A stretch of 64,000 bases of DNA from contig CAWFXK010000017.1 in assembly GCA_963819725.1 (NCBI GenBank), forward strand, positions 18,150 through 82,149, written 5' to 3'. This DNA is from an uncultured Acidobacteriaceae bacterium (GTDB taxonomy: Bacteria > Acidobacteriota > Terriglobia > Terriglobales > Acidobacteriaceae). Position 1 is the first letter of the stretch; every line of letters begins with the position of its first letter. Below, piece after piece: positions 9,735 to 20,341 of this stretch. Position numbers and translations under genes: made by a program. The notes under the pieces are model-generated. The model was not told the DNA's origin and did no database searches. It saw only the letters and a list, made by a program, of their open reading frames with translations.

Positions 9735-11117
9735 CTAGCATTCAATCACGTTCAGCGCCAGTCCCGCCAGACTCGTCTCTTTGTAGCGCGACTGCATATC
9801 GAGCCCCGTGAGATACATCGTCTTGATCACCTGATCCAGCGACACCTTGTGTCCTTCCGTCTCATTCATCGCCATGCGGCACGCCTGCACGGCCTTCATC
9901 GCACCCATTGCGTTACGTTCGATGCACGGAATCTGCACCAGCCCGCCAATTGGATCGCACGTCATCCCGAGATTGTGTTCCATCCCGATCTCCGCCGCGT
10001 GCTCCACCTGTTCATTCGTGCCGCCCAGCGCAGCCGCCAGCCCACCCGCTGCCATGGAACACGCCACGCCCACCTCGCCTTGGCATCCGACCTCAGCGCC
10101 ACTGATCGACGCGTTCTCCTTGTACAGGACGCCCACCGCCGCCGATGTCAGGAAATACCGCAGGATGCCATCTTCGTCCGCACCGGGAATGAAATCGCGG
10201 TAGTAGCGCGCGACGGCCGGGATTACCCCCGCCGCCCCATTCGTTGGCGCCGTCACAACGCGCCCGCCCGCAGCGTTTTCCTCATTGACTGCCATGGCAT
10301 ACACCGTTACCCAATCCAGCGGCGCCAGCGGATCCATCGACCCCTTGTCTCGCAACCGAGCCGTCAGCCGAGCCGCGCGCCGCCGCACGCTCAACCCACC
10401 GGGGAGTATCCCCTCCGTCGTCATCCCGCGCTCGATGCACCCCTGCATTACGTCCCAGATGTGCAGAATCCCCGAACGCACCTCGTCGCGGCTGCGCAGT
10501 GCGCCTTCGTTTTCGAGCATCAGCTCCCAAACCGCGAGCCGCTTGTCGGCGGCCATCTGCAGCAGTTCCGCCGCGCTCGTGAATGGATACGGCAACGCCG
10601 CGTCTGCCGCAGCCCTGAGGGTTTGGTCTTCTCCATCCGCGATAATGAAACCGCCGCCAATAGAAAAATAGGTTCGCGTCAGAAGGACATTTCCCGCTGC
10701 CTCGAAGGCGGTGAATCGCACCCCGTTCGGATGCTGCGTCTCCGCCCCCGGAGGAATCATCTGATTGTCGTGGAAGATCAGGTGATTCACCTCCCGAAAC
10801 GGAATTGTCCTCGTCCCGAGCAGCGTAAGCCGCCCAGAGCCTCGAATCTCAGCCAGCTTTGGCTCAATCGTCGCCGGATCGATCGTCGCAGCTTCCTCTC
10901 CGCTCAACCCCAGCAGTACTGCCCGATCGGTCCCGTGCCCCCGCCCTGTGAGCGCCAACGATCCATACAGCTCTGCCCGAACCTCGGCCACGCGCCCCAG
11001 CACGCCCTCCTGCTCCAGTTCCAGGACGAAGCGCCGCGCCGCCCGCATCGGTCCCATTGTGTGCGAACTCGACGGCCCAATGCCCACCTTAAACAGATCG
11101 AACAGGCTGGTCTTCAC
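9735..11117 (-). CDS. sdaA: L-serine ammonia-lyase (iron-sulfur dependent, single-chain)
   Basis: (V)KTSLFDLFKVGIGPSSSHTMGPMRAA is the typical N-terminus. About 460 aa from GTG 11117; the longer ORF to 11240 is an unsupported extension. Confidence 0.9.
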   Translation of the reverse strand: MKTSLFDLFKVGIGPSSSHTMGPMRAARRFVLELEQEGVLGRVAEVRAELYGSLALTGRGHGTDRAVLLGLSGEEAATIDPATIEPKLAEIRGSGRLTLLGTRTIPFREVNHLIFHDNQMIPPGAETQHPNGVRFTAFEAAGNVLLTRTYFSIGGGFIIADGEDQTLRAAADAALPYPFTSAAELLQMAADKRLAVWELMLENEGALRSRDEVRSGILHIWDVMQGCIERGMTTEGILPGGLSVRRRAARLTARLRDKGSMDPLAPLDWVTVYAMAVNEENAAGGRVVTAPTNGAAGVIPAVARYYRDFIPGADEDGILRYFLTSAAVGVLYKENASISGAEVGCQGEVGVACSMAAGGLAAALGGTNEQVEHAAEIGMEHNLGMTCDPIGGLVQIPCIERNAMGAMKAVQACRMAMNETEGHKVSLDQVIKTMYLTGLDMQSRYKETSLAGLALNVIEC

Positions 11118-11125
11118 GGATACAG

Positions 11126-11153
11126 GGTACAGGTTGCACGGTACAGGTTGCAG
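11126..11153. repeat. 2 x 14-nt tandem repeat GGTACAGGTTGCAC/GGTACAGGTTGCAG
   Basis: 13/14 identical units lying 9 nt upstream of the sdaA start codon. Confidence 0.8.
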
Positions 11154-11304
11154 GCGGCCGAGCGGAAAGCTCGACTTTTCGCTCTGCCGCGCAGCCGCGC
11201 ATACAAACGTTACTGTCGATTCACGTCCGCCCAGGCCCACTCCTGTTCGTGCGCTGTCGCTTGATATTCTGACTTGCAGTGGCTCTCGCGCTCATCCTCC
11301 CGGC

Positions 11305-11877
11305 ATGATGAAATCGCTCAGCGCATACGCGATCGTACTGTTGTTGGCTTACACCCTCGTTTCCTGCTCGCGTTCGGCTCGTCACCCAGCCTCAACCATC
11401 GAAGCGGCCGCCGCCGCCCGTGAGCATGCGCTCCAGCAGGCCCATGCCGCTGCTGCGGCCCTCGATCAGGATCGTCAGGAGCTGGAGAGCATTCCGCCGC
11501 CCTCCAAGAACCTCTACATGGCGATTCATACGCGCCAGAGCTGGACCAATCCCTTCGTCATCGTCAGCAAATCCACCGTGAACCTCACCATCCTGATGGC
11601 CGATAATGGCCCCGCGGGCAGCCCGGGGAGTGAAATCCTGCGCCCGGTCGCTGCGCGCCGCCGCGAACTCGATCTACGCCTTTCCGATCTGCCCGAGGCC
11701 CTTGCCGCAACACCGGCGAGCGTCTGGCCCTACGGCCGCGTCATCGCCGTGGAAGAAGATCCGCTGGAGCAGAAGACCGACCGCGCTCAGACGCGGCGCA
11801 ACCTCGAAGCGACCATGCAGATGCTCAACGATCTCGGCGTGGTGATTTACGAGTGGCCCACGAACGGGCCGCGCTGA
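11305..11877 (+). CDS. hypothetical lipoprotein
   Basis: MMKSLSAYAIVLLLAYTLVSC has a lipobox-like signal. No recognisable domain. Confidence 0.6.
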   Translation: MMKSLSAYAIVLLLAYTLVSCSRSARHPASTIEAAAAAREHALQQAHAAAAALDQDRQELESIPPPSKNLYMAIHTRQSWTNPFVIVSKSTVNLTILMADNGPAGSPGSEILRPVAARRRELDLRLSDLPEALAATPASVWPYGRVIAVEEDPLEQKTDRAQTRRNLEATMQMLNDLGVVIYEWPTNGPR

Positions 11878-11880
11878 TTT

Positions 11881-13236
11881 CTATGCAGCGCCCGCCATCT
11901 CCACCGCAAACGGCACTTCTGGCTCCGGCTCGACCTCGACCCCCTTCATCCACACAATCCGCCCTTGCCACTCCAGCACCGGCCAGGTCTTTCGCGCTTC
12001 CCGCTCCACCTGCATTCGTTCAAAAATCTCTTTGAGCGGCTTCGCTCCGCGTGAGTAACGAATCTTCACGCGATCCCCAGCCTTCGGAGCTCGCAACACC
12101 GCTATCCCAGGGAGGGCTTCGCTCGTCTGTCTCAGGACCAGTCGCAAATGCACCCCCAACCCAGACACCTCTCCTGGGATTGAAACTTCGACGGGCTCCG
12201 CCGCAACAGCCTTTTCGCAGCTCGCGTCCTTGCGCACGAGCCGCAGTTCCCGCACCGACTTCTCTGCCCATACCCCGGCCGCCAGCTCCTGCTTGTTGGC
12301 TGCATCCGGCCCGCACATCGCCATCAGCCGTTCGGTCTGCTGGAAATTCAACCCGCACCCGAGCCGCTTCGCAGCCGCGCGCAGCACTCGTCGCCGCACC
12401 GCTGGAGCAAGCGCTCGCAGCCGCTCAAGTTCGATCCCCGCGCTGCCCTCCTCCGGATGCGTCGAGACGGCTCGCCCCCCGCCGCGCGCCGGCTTTCCAG
12501 GCAACACCAACCCCGGCAGGATGCGCGCCAGCTCGGTATCCCACCAACTCTCTTCATCGCGCGCAATCGTCGCCAGGTGCGCCAGCTGTTCCGTGATCTG
12601 CGGATTGTATTCCCCCAGCCGCGGCATTAGTTCATGCCGAATGCGATTCCGCGTATGTGCCGTGTCTTCATTGGTCGCATCCTCACGCCAGGCCTGCCCC
12701 AGTTCCCGCAACCACGCGCGAATCTCCTCTCGCCGGGTATCGAGAAACGGCCGCAGAATCACACCCCCCGGGCACTGCACGACCGGATGTATCCCACCCA
12801 ACCCCTCGGTCCATGCCCCGCGCAACAGCCGATGCAGCACCGTCTCGGCCTGATCGTCGAGTGTGTGCGCCGTCGCCACCGCGTCGGCCTTGCCCTGCGC
12901 CAGCAACTCGCGGAACCACGTGTATCGCAGCTCCCGGGCTGCTTCCTCCAGCGTCTGCTTCTTCTCCCGCGCGACTGCCGGCGTCTCGACCCGATGCATC
13001 CACGCCTGGACTCCCAGTTCGTTCGCCAGCTCGACGACGTAGCGCTCGTCCTCATCAGCCTCCGCGCCTCGAATCCCGTGGTGCACATGGGCCACCGCCA
13101 GCACCAGGCCGATCTGCGCTGCTTCTGCGTGGAGGATCCGCAGCAGACCCAATGAGTCCGCCCCTCCTGAGACGGCGACCGCCACGCGCATCCCGGCGCG
13201 CAAACCTGTTTGATCGATCCTCGGCGGCCGTGTCAC
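11881..13236 (-). CDS. tilS: tRNA(Ile)-lysidine synthetase TilS
   Basis: PP-loop VAVAVSGGADSLGLL, HVHHGIRG, and a TilS-type C-terminal domain. Confidence 0.9.
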   Translation of the reverse strand: MTRPPRIDQTGLRAGMRVAVAVSGGADSLGLLRILHAEAAQIGLVLAVAHVHHGIRGAEADEDERYVVELANELGVQAWMHRVETPAVAREKKQTLEEAARELRYTWFRELLAQGKADAVATAHTLDDQAETVLHRLLRGAWTEGLGGIHPVVQCPGGVILRPFLDTRREEIRAWLRELGQAWREDATNEDTAHTRNRIRHELMPRLGEYNPQITEQLAHLATIARDEESWWDTELARILPGLVLPGKPARGGGRAVSTHPEEGSAGIELERLRALAPAVRRRVLRAAAKRLGCGLNFQQTERLMAMCGPDAANKQELAAGVWAEKSVRELRLVRKDASCEKAVAAEPVEVSIPGEVSGLGVHLRLVLRQTSEALPGIAVLRAPKAGDRVKIRYSRGAKPLKEIFERMQVEREARKTWPVLEWQGRIVWMKGVEVEPEPEVPFAVEMAGAA

Positions 13237-13266
13237 GTCCTCATCCTAAGCTCTATACTGCTCAAC

Positions 13267-13737
13267 ATGCTCAAGACGAGGCCAGCCACGGCTGCGGACG
13301 CTCCACTCATCACGCGCCATCGCCGCCGCATGTTCGTCGATGCCGGGCGCCGCGACGATCAGCGCCTCGAGCTTATGGCCCAGGCACACGAGCCATGGGT
13401 TGCCCAGGCTATCAACGATGGCAAGTATCTCGGCTGGCTCAGTGAAGACGACGGCAAGGCCGTCGCCGGCGCGGGCCTCCTCCTCCTCGAGTGGCCGCCT
13501 CATCCGCTGGACCCGCAGTCCAGCAGGCGCGGCTATCTGCTCAACGTCTATGTGGAGCCCGAATATCGCCGCCGCCACCTCGCGACGAACCTTATCGAGC
13601 TTGCCCTCGCGGAGGCGCGCCGCCGCGGCATCCGCGTCGTGGCTCTTCACTCGACCGAGGAAGGACGCCGCCTCTATGAGGCCGCGGGCTTCCGCACCAC
13701 GAATGAGATGTTCTACGTTGAGTCGATTGAACCCTGA
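13267..13737 (+). CDS. GNAT family N-acetyltransferase
   Basis: MLKTRPATAADAPLI... and the acetyl-CoA motif YRRRHLATNLIELALAEARRRGIRVVALHSTEEGRRLYEAAGF. Confidence 0.8.
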   Translation: MLKTRPATAADAPLITRHRRRMFVDAGRRDDQRLELMAQAHEPWVAQAINDGKYLGWLSEDDGKAVAGAGLLLLEWPPHPLDPQSSRRGYLLNVYVEPEYRRRHLATNLIELALAEARRRGIRVVALHSTEEGRRLYEAAGFRTTNEMFYVESIEP

Positions 13738-13772
13738 GCCAGAACCGGCCCGGGCGAAACGAGCCCTCGCGC

Positions 13773-14363
13773 TTACCGCAAAATGGGAAACGGCCCGAAG
13801 GAATTGCTGTTCGTCCCATAATCGAGATCGAACCCCAGCTGCAGTTTTGCCGCCTCCGACATTCGTCCCGGATTCCACGGCGGATCGAACACCACCTGCA
13901 CCCTCACTCCCTTCACTTCAGGCAGGTGGGCCAGCTTTTTCTCCACATCGGACTTCAGCACGTCCGACATGCCGCACCCCGGCGCTGTCAGCGACATCTG
14001 CACGTCGATCTTCTTGCCGCCTTCCGGATGATCCGCAATTTCGCACCCGTAGATCAGCCCCAGATCGACGATGTTCACCGGAATCTCAGGATCGTAAATC
14101 GTCTTCAACTGATCCCATACCATGCGCTCGTTGAACGTGGGCGGTGTGTGCGCCTCGGTCGCCGGTCCGCTCAGGCCAAGCGCATCGGCATCCGCCTCAT
14201 CGATGCGAAACAGCGCCCCTTCCACAGCAACCGTGTAGCTCGAACCCGCCGCCTGCGTAATCCGCACGCATGTTCCCGCGGGCAGAACCTGCTTGGTGCC
14301 CGCAGGAACCGCAATCGCCCCGCAGTCACGCTTCAAAGCAACGGTTTGGTTGGTAATGATCAT
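13773..14363 (-). CDS. sufT: SUF-associated Fe-S assembly protein SufT-like (DUF59/MIP18 domain)
   Basis: C-terminal YDPEIPVNIVDLGLIY...TAPGCGM DUF59 signature, at the last position of the suf operon. Confidence 0.75.
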   Translation of the reverse strand: MIITNQTVALKRDCGAIAVPAGTKQVLPAGTCVRITQAAGSSYTVAVEGALFRIDEADADALGLSGPATEAHTPPTFNERMVWDQLKTIYDPEIPVNIVDLGLIYGCEIADHPEGGKKIDVQMSLTAPGCGMSDVLKSDVEKKLAHLPEVKGVRVQVVFDPPWNPGRMSEAAKLQLGFDLDYGTNSNSFGPFPILR

Positions 14364-14371
14364 CGGTTTTT

Positions 14372-14406
14372 GCTACAGCCCACCGGCTACAGGCTACCGG
14401 CTATTC
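14372..14406. repeat. 5 x heptamer array GCTACAG/CCCACCG/GCTACAG/GCTACCG/GCTATTC
   Basis: Fills the sufU-sufT spacer; the last unit overlaps the sufU stop codon. Confidence 0.8.
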
Positions 14407-14847
14407 GGTTGACACCTTCTCCTGCGTGCCTTCCAGCGCCGCCTCCAGCGTGTGCCACGCCAGCGTCGCGCACTTCACGCGCATTGGGAATTCCGACACG
14501 CCTGAGAACACCGCCAGCTTACCCAGCTCCGAAGCGTCCCCATGACCGTGTCCCGTGACCAGGTCGTGAAACCGGTGAAAGATCTTCTCCGCCTCCGCCT
14601 TCGTCTTGCCCTTCACGCTCTGCGTCATCATCGAAGCGGACGCCTTCGAGATCGCGCATCCCGCGCCCTGGAACCCAATCTCGCGAATCTTGTCCCCGTC
14701 CATTTCCAGATACACCGTGAACCGGTCCCCGCACAGCGGGTTGTAGCCCTCGGCCTTATGATTCGCACTCTCCACCGCCTTGTAATTCCGCGGCGCCTTG
14801 CTGTGCTCCAGAATCACTTCCTGATACAGATCCCTCAGCTCCGGCAT
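14401..14847 (-). CDS. sufU: SUF system NifU/IscU-type scaffold or sulfur-transfer protein SufU
   Basis: NPLCGD...GAGCAISKASASMM...KCATLAW carries the three conserved Cys residues. Confidence 0.85.
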   Translation of the reverse strand: MPELRDLYQEVILEHSKAPRNYKAVESANHKAEGYNPLCGDRFTVYLEMDGDKIREIGFQGAGCAISKASASMMTQSVKGKTKAEAEKIFHRFHDLVTGHGHGDASELGKLAVFSGVSEFPMRVKCATLAWHTLEAALEGTQEKVSTE

Positions 14848-16112
14848 TACGCAAACACCTCGCGCACCTTGCGGATGCCCCGCGCCAGCGCGTCAATTTC
14901 GCCCTTCGTGTTATAAACCGCGAACGATGCCCGCACCGTCGCCGGAATCGAGAACCGCTCCATCACCGGCTGCGCGCAGTGGTGGCCCGTGCGCACCGCG
15001 ATCCCCTGCTGATCCAGAATCGTGCCGATGTCGTGCGGATGCACCTCGTCCAGCACGAATGACAGCACGCCCGCCTTCTCGCGCGCCGTCCCGATCAGCC
15101 GTACGCCTTCGATCGCTCCAATCGCCTCGGTCGCGTAGACCAGCAGCTCATGCTCGTGCGCGGCGATCTTCTCGATCCCGATGCCGTTCATGTATTCGAT
15201 CGCCGCCTTCAGCCCTGCCACGCCCGCCATATCCGGCGTGCCCGCCTCAAATTTGTGCGGCACTTTGTTGTACGTCGTCTTCTCGAACGTCACCGAGCTG
15301 ATCATGTCGCCGCCGCCCTGCCAGGGAGGCATCGCCTCCAGCAGCGCCTGCTTCCCGTAGAGCACGCCGATGCCCGTCGGCCCATACATCTTGTGCCCGG
15401 AGAAGGCGTAGAAGTCAGCATCCAGATCCTGCACGTCCACCTTCAGGTGCGGAACCGCCTGTGCTCCATCCACAACCACCACCGCGCCCTTCGCGTGCGC
15501 CGCCGCAATCATCTGCTTCAGAGGATTGATCGTGCCCAGAGCATTCGAAACATGCCCGACGGCGACTACTTTGGTCTTCGAGCCGAGCAGCTTTTCGTAC
15601 TCCGCAAACAGCAGCTCGCCCTCGTCGTTCATCGGCGCCACCCGCAACTTCGCGCCCTTTTCCTCGCACAGCATCTGCCACGGCACGATGTTCGAGTGAT
15701 GCTCCATCGTCGTGATCAGCACCTCATCGCCGGAGCCGACATTCGCCTTTCCGTAAGTCTGCGCTACGAGGTTGAGGGCTTCCGTCGTCCCGCGCGTGAA
15801 GATGATCTCGCTCGCCCGCGCTGCGTTCAGAAACGCCCGCACCGTCTCGCGCGCCTTCTCGAACTCTTCCGTCGCAATCTGTGAGAGGTAATGCACGCCG
15901 CGGTGAATATTCGCGTTCTCGCCCTCGTAGTACCGCACCAGCGCATCGATCACCGCCTGTGGTTTCTGCGAAGTCGCCGCATTGTCCAGATACACCAGCG
16001 GATGCCCGTGTACTTTCGTCTGCAGAATCGGGAAGTCATTCCGAATCCGCTCTACGTCGAACGACTTCTTGGCGGCTTTCTCGCGAATCGGCACAGCGGC
16101 TGCAGCGCTCAT
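14847..16112 (-). CDS. sufS: cysteine desulfurase SufS (class II)
   Basis: YLDNAATSQKP, SGHKMYGPTGIGVLYG (PLP Lys), RTGHHCAQP (active-site Cys). Confidence 0.9.
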   Translation of the reverse strand: MSAAAAVPIREKAAKKSFDVERIRNDFPILQTKVHGHPLVYLDNAATSQKPQAVIDALVRYYEGENANIHRGVHYLSQIATEEFEKARETVRAFLNAARASEIIFTRGTTEALNLVAQTYGKANVGSGDEVLITTMEHHSNIVPWQMLCEEKGAKLRVAPMNDEGELLFAEYEKLLGSKTKVVAVGHVSNALGTINPLKQMIAAAHAKGAVVVVDGAQAVPHLKVDVQDLDADFYAFSGHKMYGPTGIGVLYGKQALLEAMPPWQGGGDMISSVTFEKTTYNKVPHKFEAGTPDMAGVAGLKAAIEYMNGIGIEKIAAHEHELLVYATEAIGAIEGVRLIGTAREKAGVLSFVLDEVHPHDIGTILDQQGIAVRTGHHCAQPVMERFSIPATVRASFAVYNTKGEIDALARGIRKVREVFA

Positions 16113-17494
16113 CCCACTTCCTCCACGACCCTCTCAGTCACGCGCTCTCCCAAGCTCACCGGCGCGATGCCTTCGCTGAATAGCAAATGCTCGCTCACCA
16201 GATGCTGGATGTGATCCCGCGCGACGCTCGAGTGCATGCGCTCCACGCACTCCTCGGCAAACGCCATTAGCAGCAGTTTCTTCGCTTCCTGCTCGCTGAT
16301 GCCGCGAGACTGCAGATAGAACAGCGCGTTCTCCTCGATCTGCCCGATGGTTGCGCCGTGCGTGCACTTCACGTCGTCCGCATAAATCTCCAGCTGCGGC
16401 TTCGTGTCGATCTGCGCATCATCGCTCAGCAGCAGGTTGCGATTCGTCTGCTTTGCGTCCGTCTTCTGCGCTTCCTTGTGCACCACAATGCGTCCGTGAA
16501 ACACTCCGTGCGACCGCCCATCCAGAATGCCGTTGTAGAACTGCCGGCTTCCGCAATGCGGAGCCGCGTGCTCCACGTGCATGTAGTTGTCCAGATGCTG
16601 CGTCCCGGTCCCGAGGAAAAGCCCGTTGATCAGGCACTCGCCACCTTCGCCCGCCAGCACCGGATGCACGTTGTTCCGCACCAGTCCGCCACCCAGCAGC
16701 AGCGAATGCGATGCCACGTTCGCGCTCCGTCCCTGCTGGATCCGCAGCGTCGACACGTTGTACGCCTTCAGGTGTTCGCGCTCGATCAGGTAATGCTGCG
16801 CCACGGTGCTTTCGCCAGCGACCAACTCTGTCACCGCGTTGGACAACACGACAGACTCGCCGCCCACCGACGCGTAGTCCTCGATGACCGCAACCTGGGC
16901 CTCGTCATCGGCGACAATCAGGTTGCGCGGATGCGTCATCGTCGCGACATTTTCCTTCGTCGACAGATACAGCAGGTAGATTGGCGCCTCCACGACGACG
17001 CCACGCGCCACACGCACATAGGCGCCGTCACCGATGAACGCGGTATTCAGCGCCACAAACGCATCGCGCTGCGTATCGGCGTAACGGCCCAGATGCTGTT
17101 GCACTTCCTCTGGATGCGACTCGATCCGCTCGCCGAAGACTCGCAACCGTCACGCCCTTCGGCAGATTGTCGATCTCCGACAACTCCGCATCAAAGTGCC
17201 CATTGACGAACACCAGCGTTGCCGCCACATCGTCCACGCGCCACGCAGCCGAATCGCCGGGAGCCAGCTTCGCCGTTGCCGCCGGACGAAACACCGTCTT
17301 CGCAATGCCCGACACATTCGTGAAGCGCCAGTCCTCATCCTTTGTCGTTGGGAAACCCACTTCGCAGAATCGCGCAAACGCGTCCTCGCGCAACCGGTGC
17401 AGCCACGGCAGTGTCCGCCCCGCAGCCTTCTTCTCAAACTCGGTGAAGTTCTCGAGCCAGCTATCGATATTCGCCACCGCCACGGCTGTCTCCC

Positions 17495-17498
<4 letters not shown>
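16109..17498 (-). pseudogene. sufD: Fe-S cluster assembly protein SufD, frame broken by one extra base near 17135
   Basis: The N-terminal ORF (17028..17498) reads ...EDWRFTNV...NLPKGVTVASL. The C-terminal ORF (16109..17146) continues GERIESHPEEVQQHLGRYAD... in the adjacent frame. GTGA overlap with sufC and ATGA overlap with sufS. Confidence 0.85.
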
Positions 17499-18265
<767 letters not shown>

Positions 18266-18290
18266 CCTTCACTCGTCTCCCTAATCTCTT

Positions 18291-18323
18291 GTCACCCTGA
18301 GCCGGCGTAGCCGGCGAAGGACC
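18291..18323. repeat. REP-like element GTCACCCTGAGCCGGCGTAGCCGGCGAAGGACC
   Basis: Internal hairpin GCCGGC-GTA-GCCGGC. Related copies lie at 20731-20783 and probably 13731-13765. Confidence 0.6.
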
Positions 18324-18330
18324 TGAACTT

Positions 18331-18353
18331 TAAACTCTGATCCCTAAACTCTG
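18331..18353. repeat. TAAACTCTG duplicated with 14-nt phase
   Basis: TAAACTCTG at 18331-18339 and 18345-18353, in the 91-nt sufB-sufC spacer. Confidence 0.6.
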
Positions 18354-18356
18354 CTC

Positions 18357-19814
18357 TTACCCGACGCTGCCTTCCAGGCTCACCGCCAGCAACTTCGTCG
18401 CCTCGACCGCAAACTCCATCGGCAGCTCCTTGAATACCTGCTTGCAGAATCCGCTCACGATCATCGACACCGCGTCTTCGGTCTTCAGACCGCGCTGCTG
18501 CAGATAAAACAGCTGATCCTCGCCGATCTTCGACGTCGCTGCCTCGTGCTCCATCCTCGCCGAGGCGTTCTTCACCTCGATGTACGGAAACGTATGCGCG
18601 CCGCATTTATCGCCGATCAGCAGCGAATCGCACTGCGTGTAATTGCGCGCGCCCTCGGCGCCCTTCAGAATCTTCACCATCCCGCGGTACGTGTTCTGGC
18701 CGTGCCCCGCGCTGATCCCCTTCGACACGATCGTGCTCTTCGTGTTCTTCCCCAGGTGGATCATCTTCGTCCCCGTATCGGCCTGCTGATAGTTGTTCGT
18801 CAGTGCGACAGAGTAGAACTCGCCCACCGAGTTGTCCCCCTGCAAAATGCATGACGGGTATTTCCACGTGATCGCCGACCCCGTTTCCACCTGCGTCCAG
18901 GAGATCTTCGAGTTCCGCCCCAGGCACTTGCCGCGCTTCGTCACGAAGTTGTAGATCCCGCCCTTGCCGTTTTTGTCGCCGGGATACCAGTTTTGCACCG
19001 TCGAGTAGCGGATCTGCGCGTTGTCCAGCGCCACCAGTTCCACCACCGCCGCGTGCAGCTGATTCTCGTCCCTCATCGGCGCCGTGCAGCCTTCCAGATA
19101 GCTCACATACGCGCCCTCCTCGGCCACAATCAGCGTGCGCTCGAACTGGCCCGTCTCCGCCGCATTGATACGGAAGTACGTCGACAGCTCCATCGGGCAA
19201 CGCACGCCCTTCGGCACGTACACAAACGAACCATCGCTGAACACCGCCGCATTCAGCGCCGCATAGAAATTGTCCGTGGGCGGCACCACCGAGCCCAGAT
19301 ACTTCTTCACCAGATCAGGATGCTTCTGCACCGCTTCGGAAAACGAGCAGAAGATCACGCCCGCCTCGGCCAGCTTCGCCTTGAACGTCGTCGCGACCGA
19401 AACCGAGTCGAACACTGCATCCACGGCCACATTGGCCAGCAGCTTCTGCTCCGCCAGCGGAATTCCCAGCTTCTCGTACGTCCGCAGAATCTCCGGGTCC
19501 ACCTCCTCGATGCTCGACAGCTGCTTCTTCTGCTTCGGCGCCGAGTAGTACGTGATGTTCTGGTAGTCAATCGGCGGAAACGTCACGTTCGCCCACTGCG
19601 GCTCCGCATTCGCCTTCTCCTGGCTCGCCCAGTAGCGAAACGCGCTCAGCCGCCACTCCAGCATGAACTCCGGCTCGTTCTTCTTCGTCGAGATCAGCCG
19701 GATCACGTCCTCGCTCAGCCCCTTCGGAATACGGTCTTCCTCAATCTGGGTGATGAACCCCCACTCGTACTCCTTGCTGGCCAGCTCGTGGACGACATTC
19801 ATATCTGTGCTCAT
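18357..19814 (-). CDS. sufB: Fe-S cluster assembly scaffold SufB
   Basis: 485 aa and highly conserved throughout (e.g. [41 protein letters not shown]). First gene of the operon. Confidence 0.95.
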   Translation of the reverse strand: MSTDMNVVHELASKEYEWGFITQIEEDRIPKGLSEDVIRLISTKKNEPEFMLEWRLSAFRYWASQEKANAEPQWANVTFPPIDYQNITYYSAPKQKKQLSSIEEVDPEILRTYEKLGIPLAEQKLLANVAVDAVFDSVSVATTFKAKLAEAGVIFCSFSEAVQKHPDLVKKYLGSVVPPTDNFYAALNAAVFSDGSFVYVPKGVRCPMELSTYFRINAAETGQFERTLIVAEEGAYVSYLEGCTAPMRDENQLHAAVVELVALDNAQIRYSTVQNWYPGDKNGKGGIYNFVTKRGKCLGRNSKISWTQVETGSAITWKYPSCILQGDNSVGEFYSVALTNNYQQADTGTKMIHLGKNTKSTIVSKGISAGHGQNTYRGMVKILKGAEGARNYTQCDSLLIGDKCGAHTFPYIEVKNASARMEHEAATSKIGEDQLFYLQQRGLKTEDAVSMIVSGFCKQVFKELPMEFAVEATKLLAVSLEGSVG

Positions 19815-19875
19815 GCCACTCTCCCGGATCTTGTATGCTTACGGCGCTCCCGCCCGAAACGGCTCCCAGCGCCAA

Positions 19876-19929
19876 TATACGACTAAAGCAGTCCTATATC
19901 AGTGTACCCTGACTCCCGCGCGCTTTCAA
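19876..19929 (-). promoter_or_regulatory. candidate suf promoter (TTGAAA-17 nt-TACACT) with an adjacent 9-bp-arm inverted repeat
   Basis: The minus strand reads TTGAAAGCGCGCGGGAGTCAGGGTACACTGA, then TATAGGACT-GCTTT-AGTCGTATA (8/9 complementary arms) over the predicted transcription start. Confidence 0.35.
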
Positions 19930-20341
19930 CCCGCCCAGATTCACCATCTCTCTCCATATAAGGATGCGACCGCATCCAGCCACGCTTCACCCAAACGCCC
20001 ACCCCGCCTCGCCCATCAGGTCTGGATATGGTTGAGGGGAATGGGACTATCGCCCAGTGGGACTCCACGGCCAACGAAAGGTCCATGGCCTCGCTGAAGA
20101 TCAAACTGCTGCCGATAATATCTGAGGGCGCAGGGCTACAGGGCATTCCAGCTGGCGGACTCGCGAGATTTACCCGCTGCGCCAGGCGTCGCTGGGAGAA
20201 CTGCGCGCCACCCTCGAGACGGTTTCCGGTGTGGAATTCTCCTGGAGCTGGCGACTGCCATCACCGCTTCGGCGCAGGATAAGAAAGACGCACAGGAGTT
20301 GGTTGAGCTTTATCCCTTTACCAAATTCAGGATCCTCGACA

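Noticed and set aside
9735-11240. The long N-terminal extension of L-serine dehydratase (start at 11240).
   Set aside because: The family N-terminus (K)TSLFDLFKVGIGPSSSH begins at GTG 11117. The extension covers the 14-nt tandem repeat and has no homology-like features.
20028-20282. ORF 20028..20282 (84 aa) and ORF 19883..20146 (87 aa, minus strand) as genes in the gap upstream of the PilZ-like ORF.
   Set aside because: There are no ribosome-binding sites at a sensible distance, the composition is Arg/Gly/Trp-rich and atypical, and the ORFs overlap each other.
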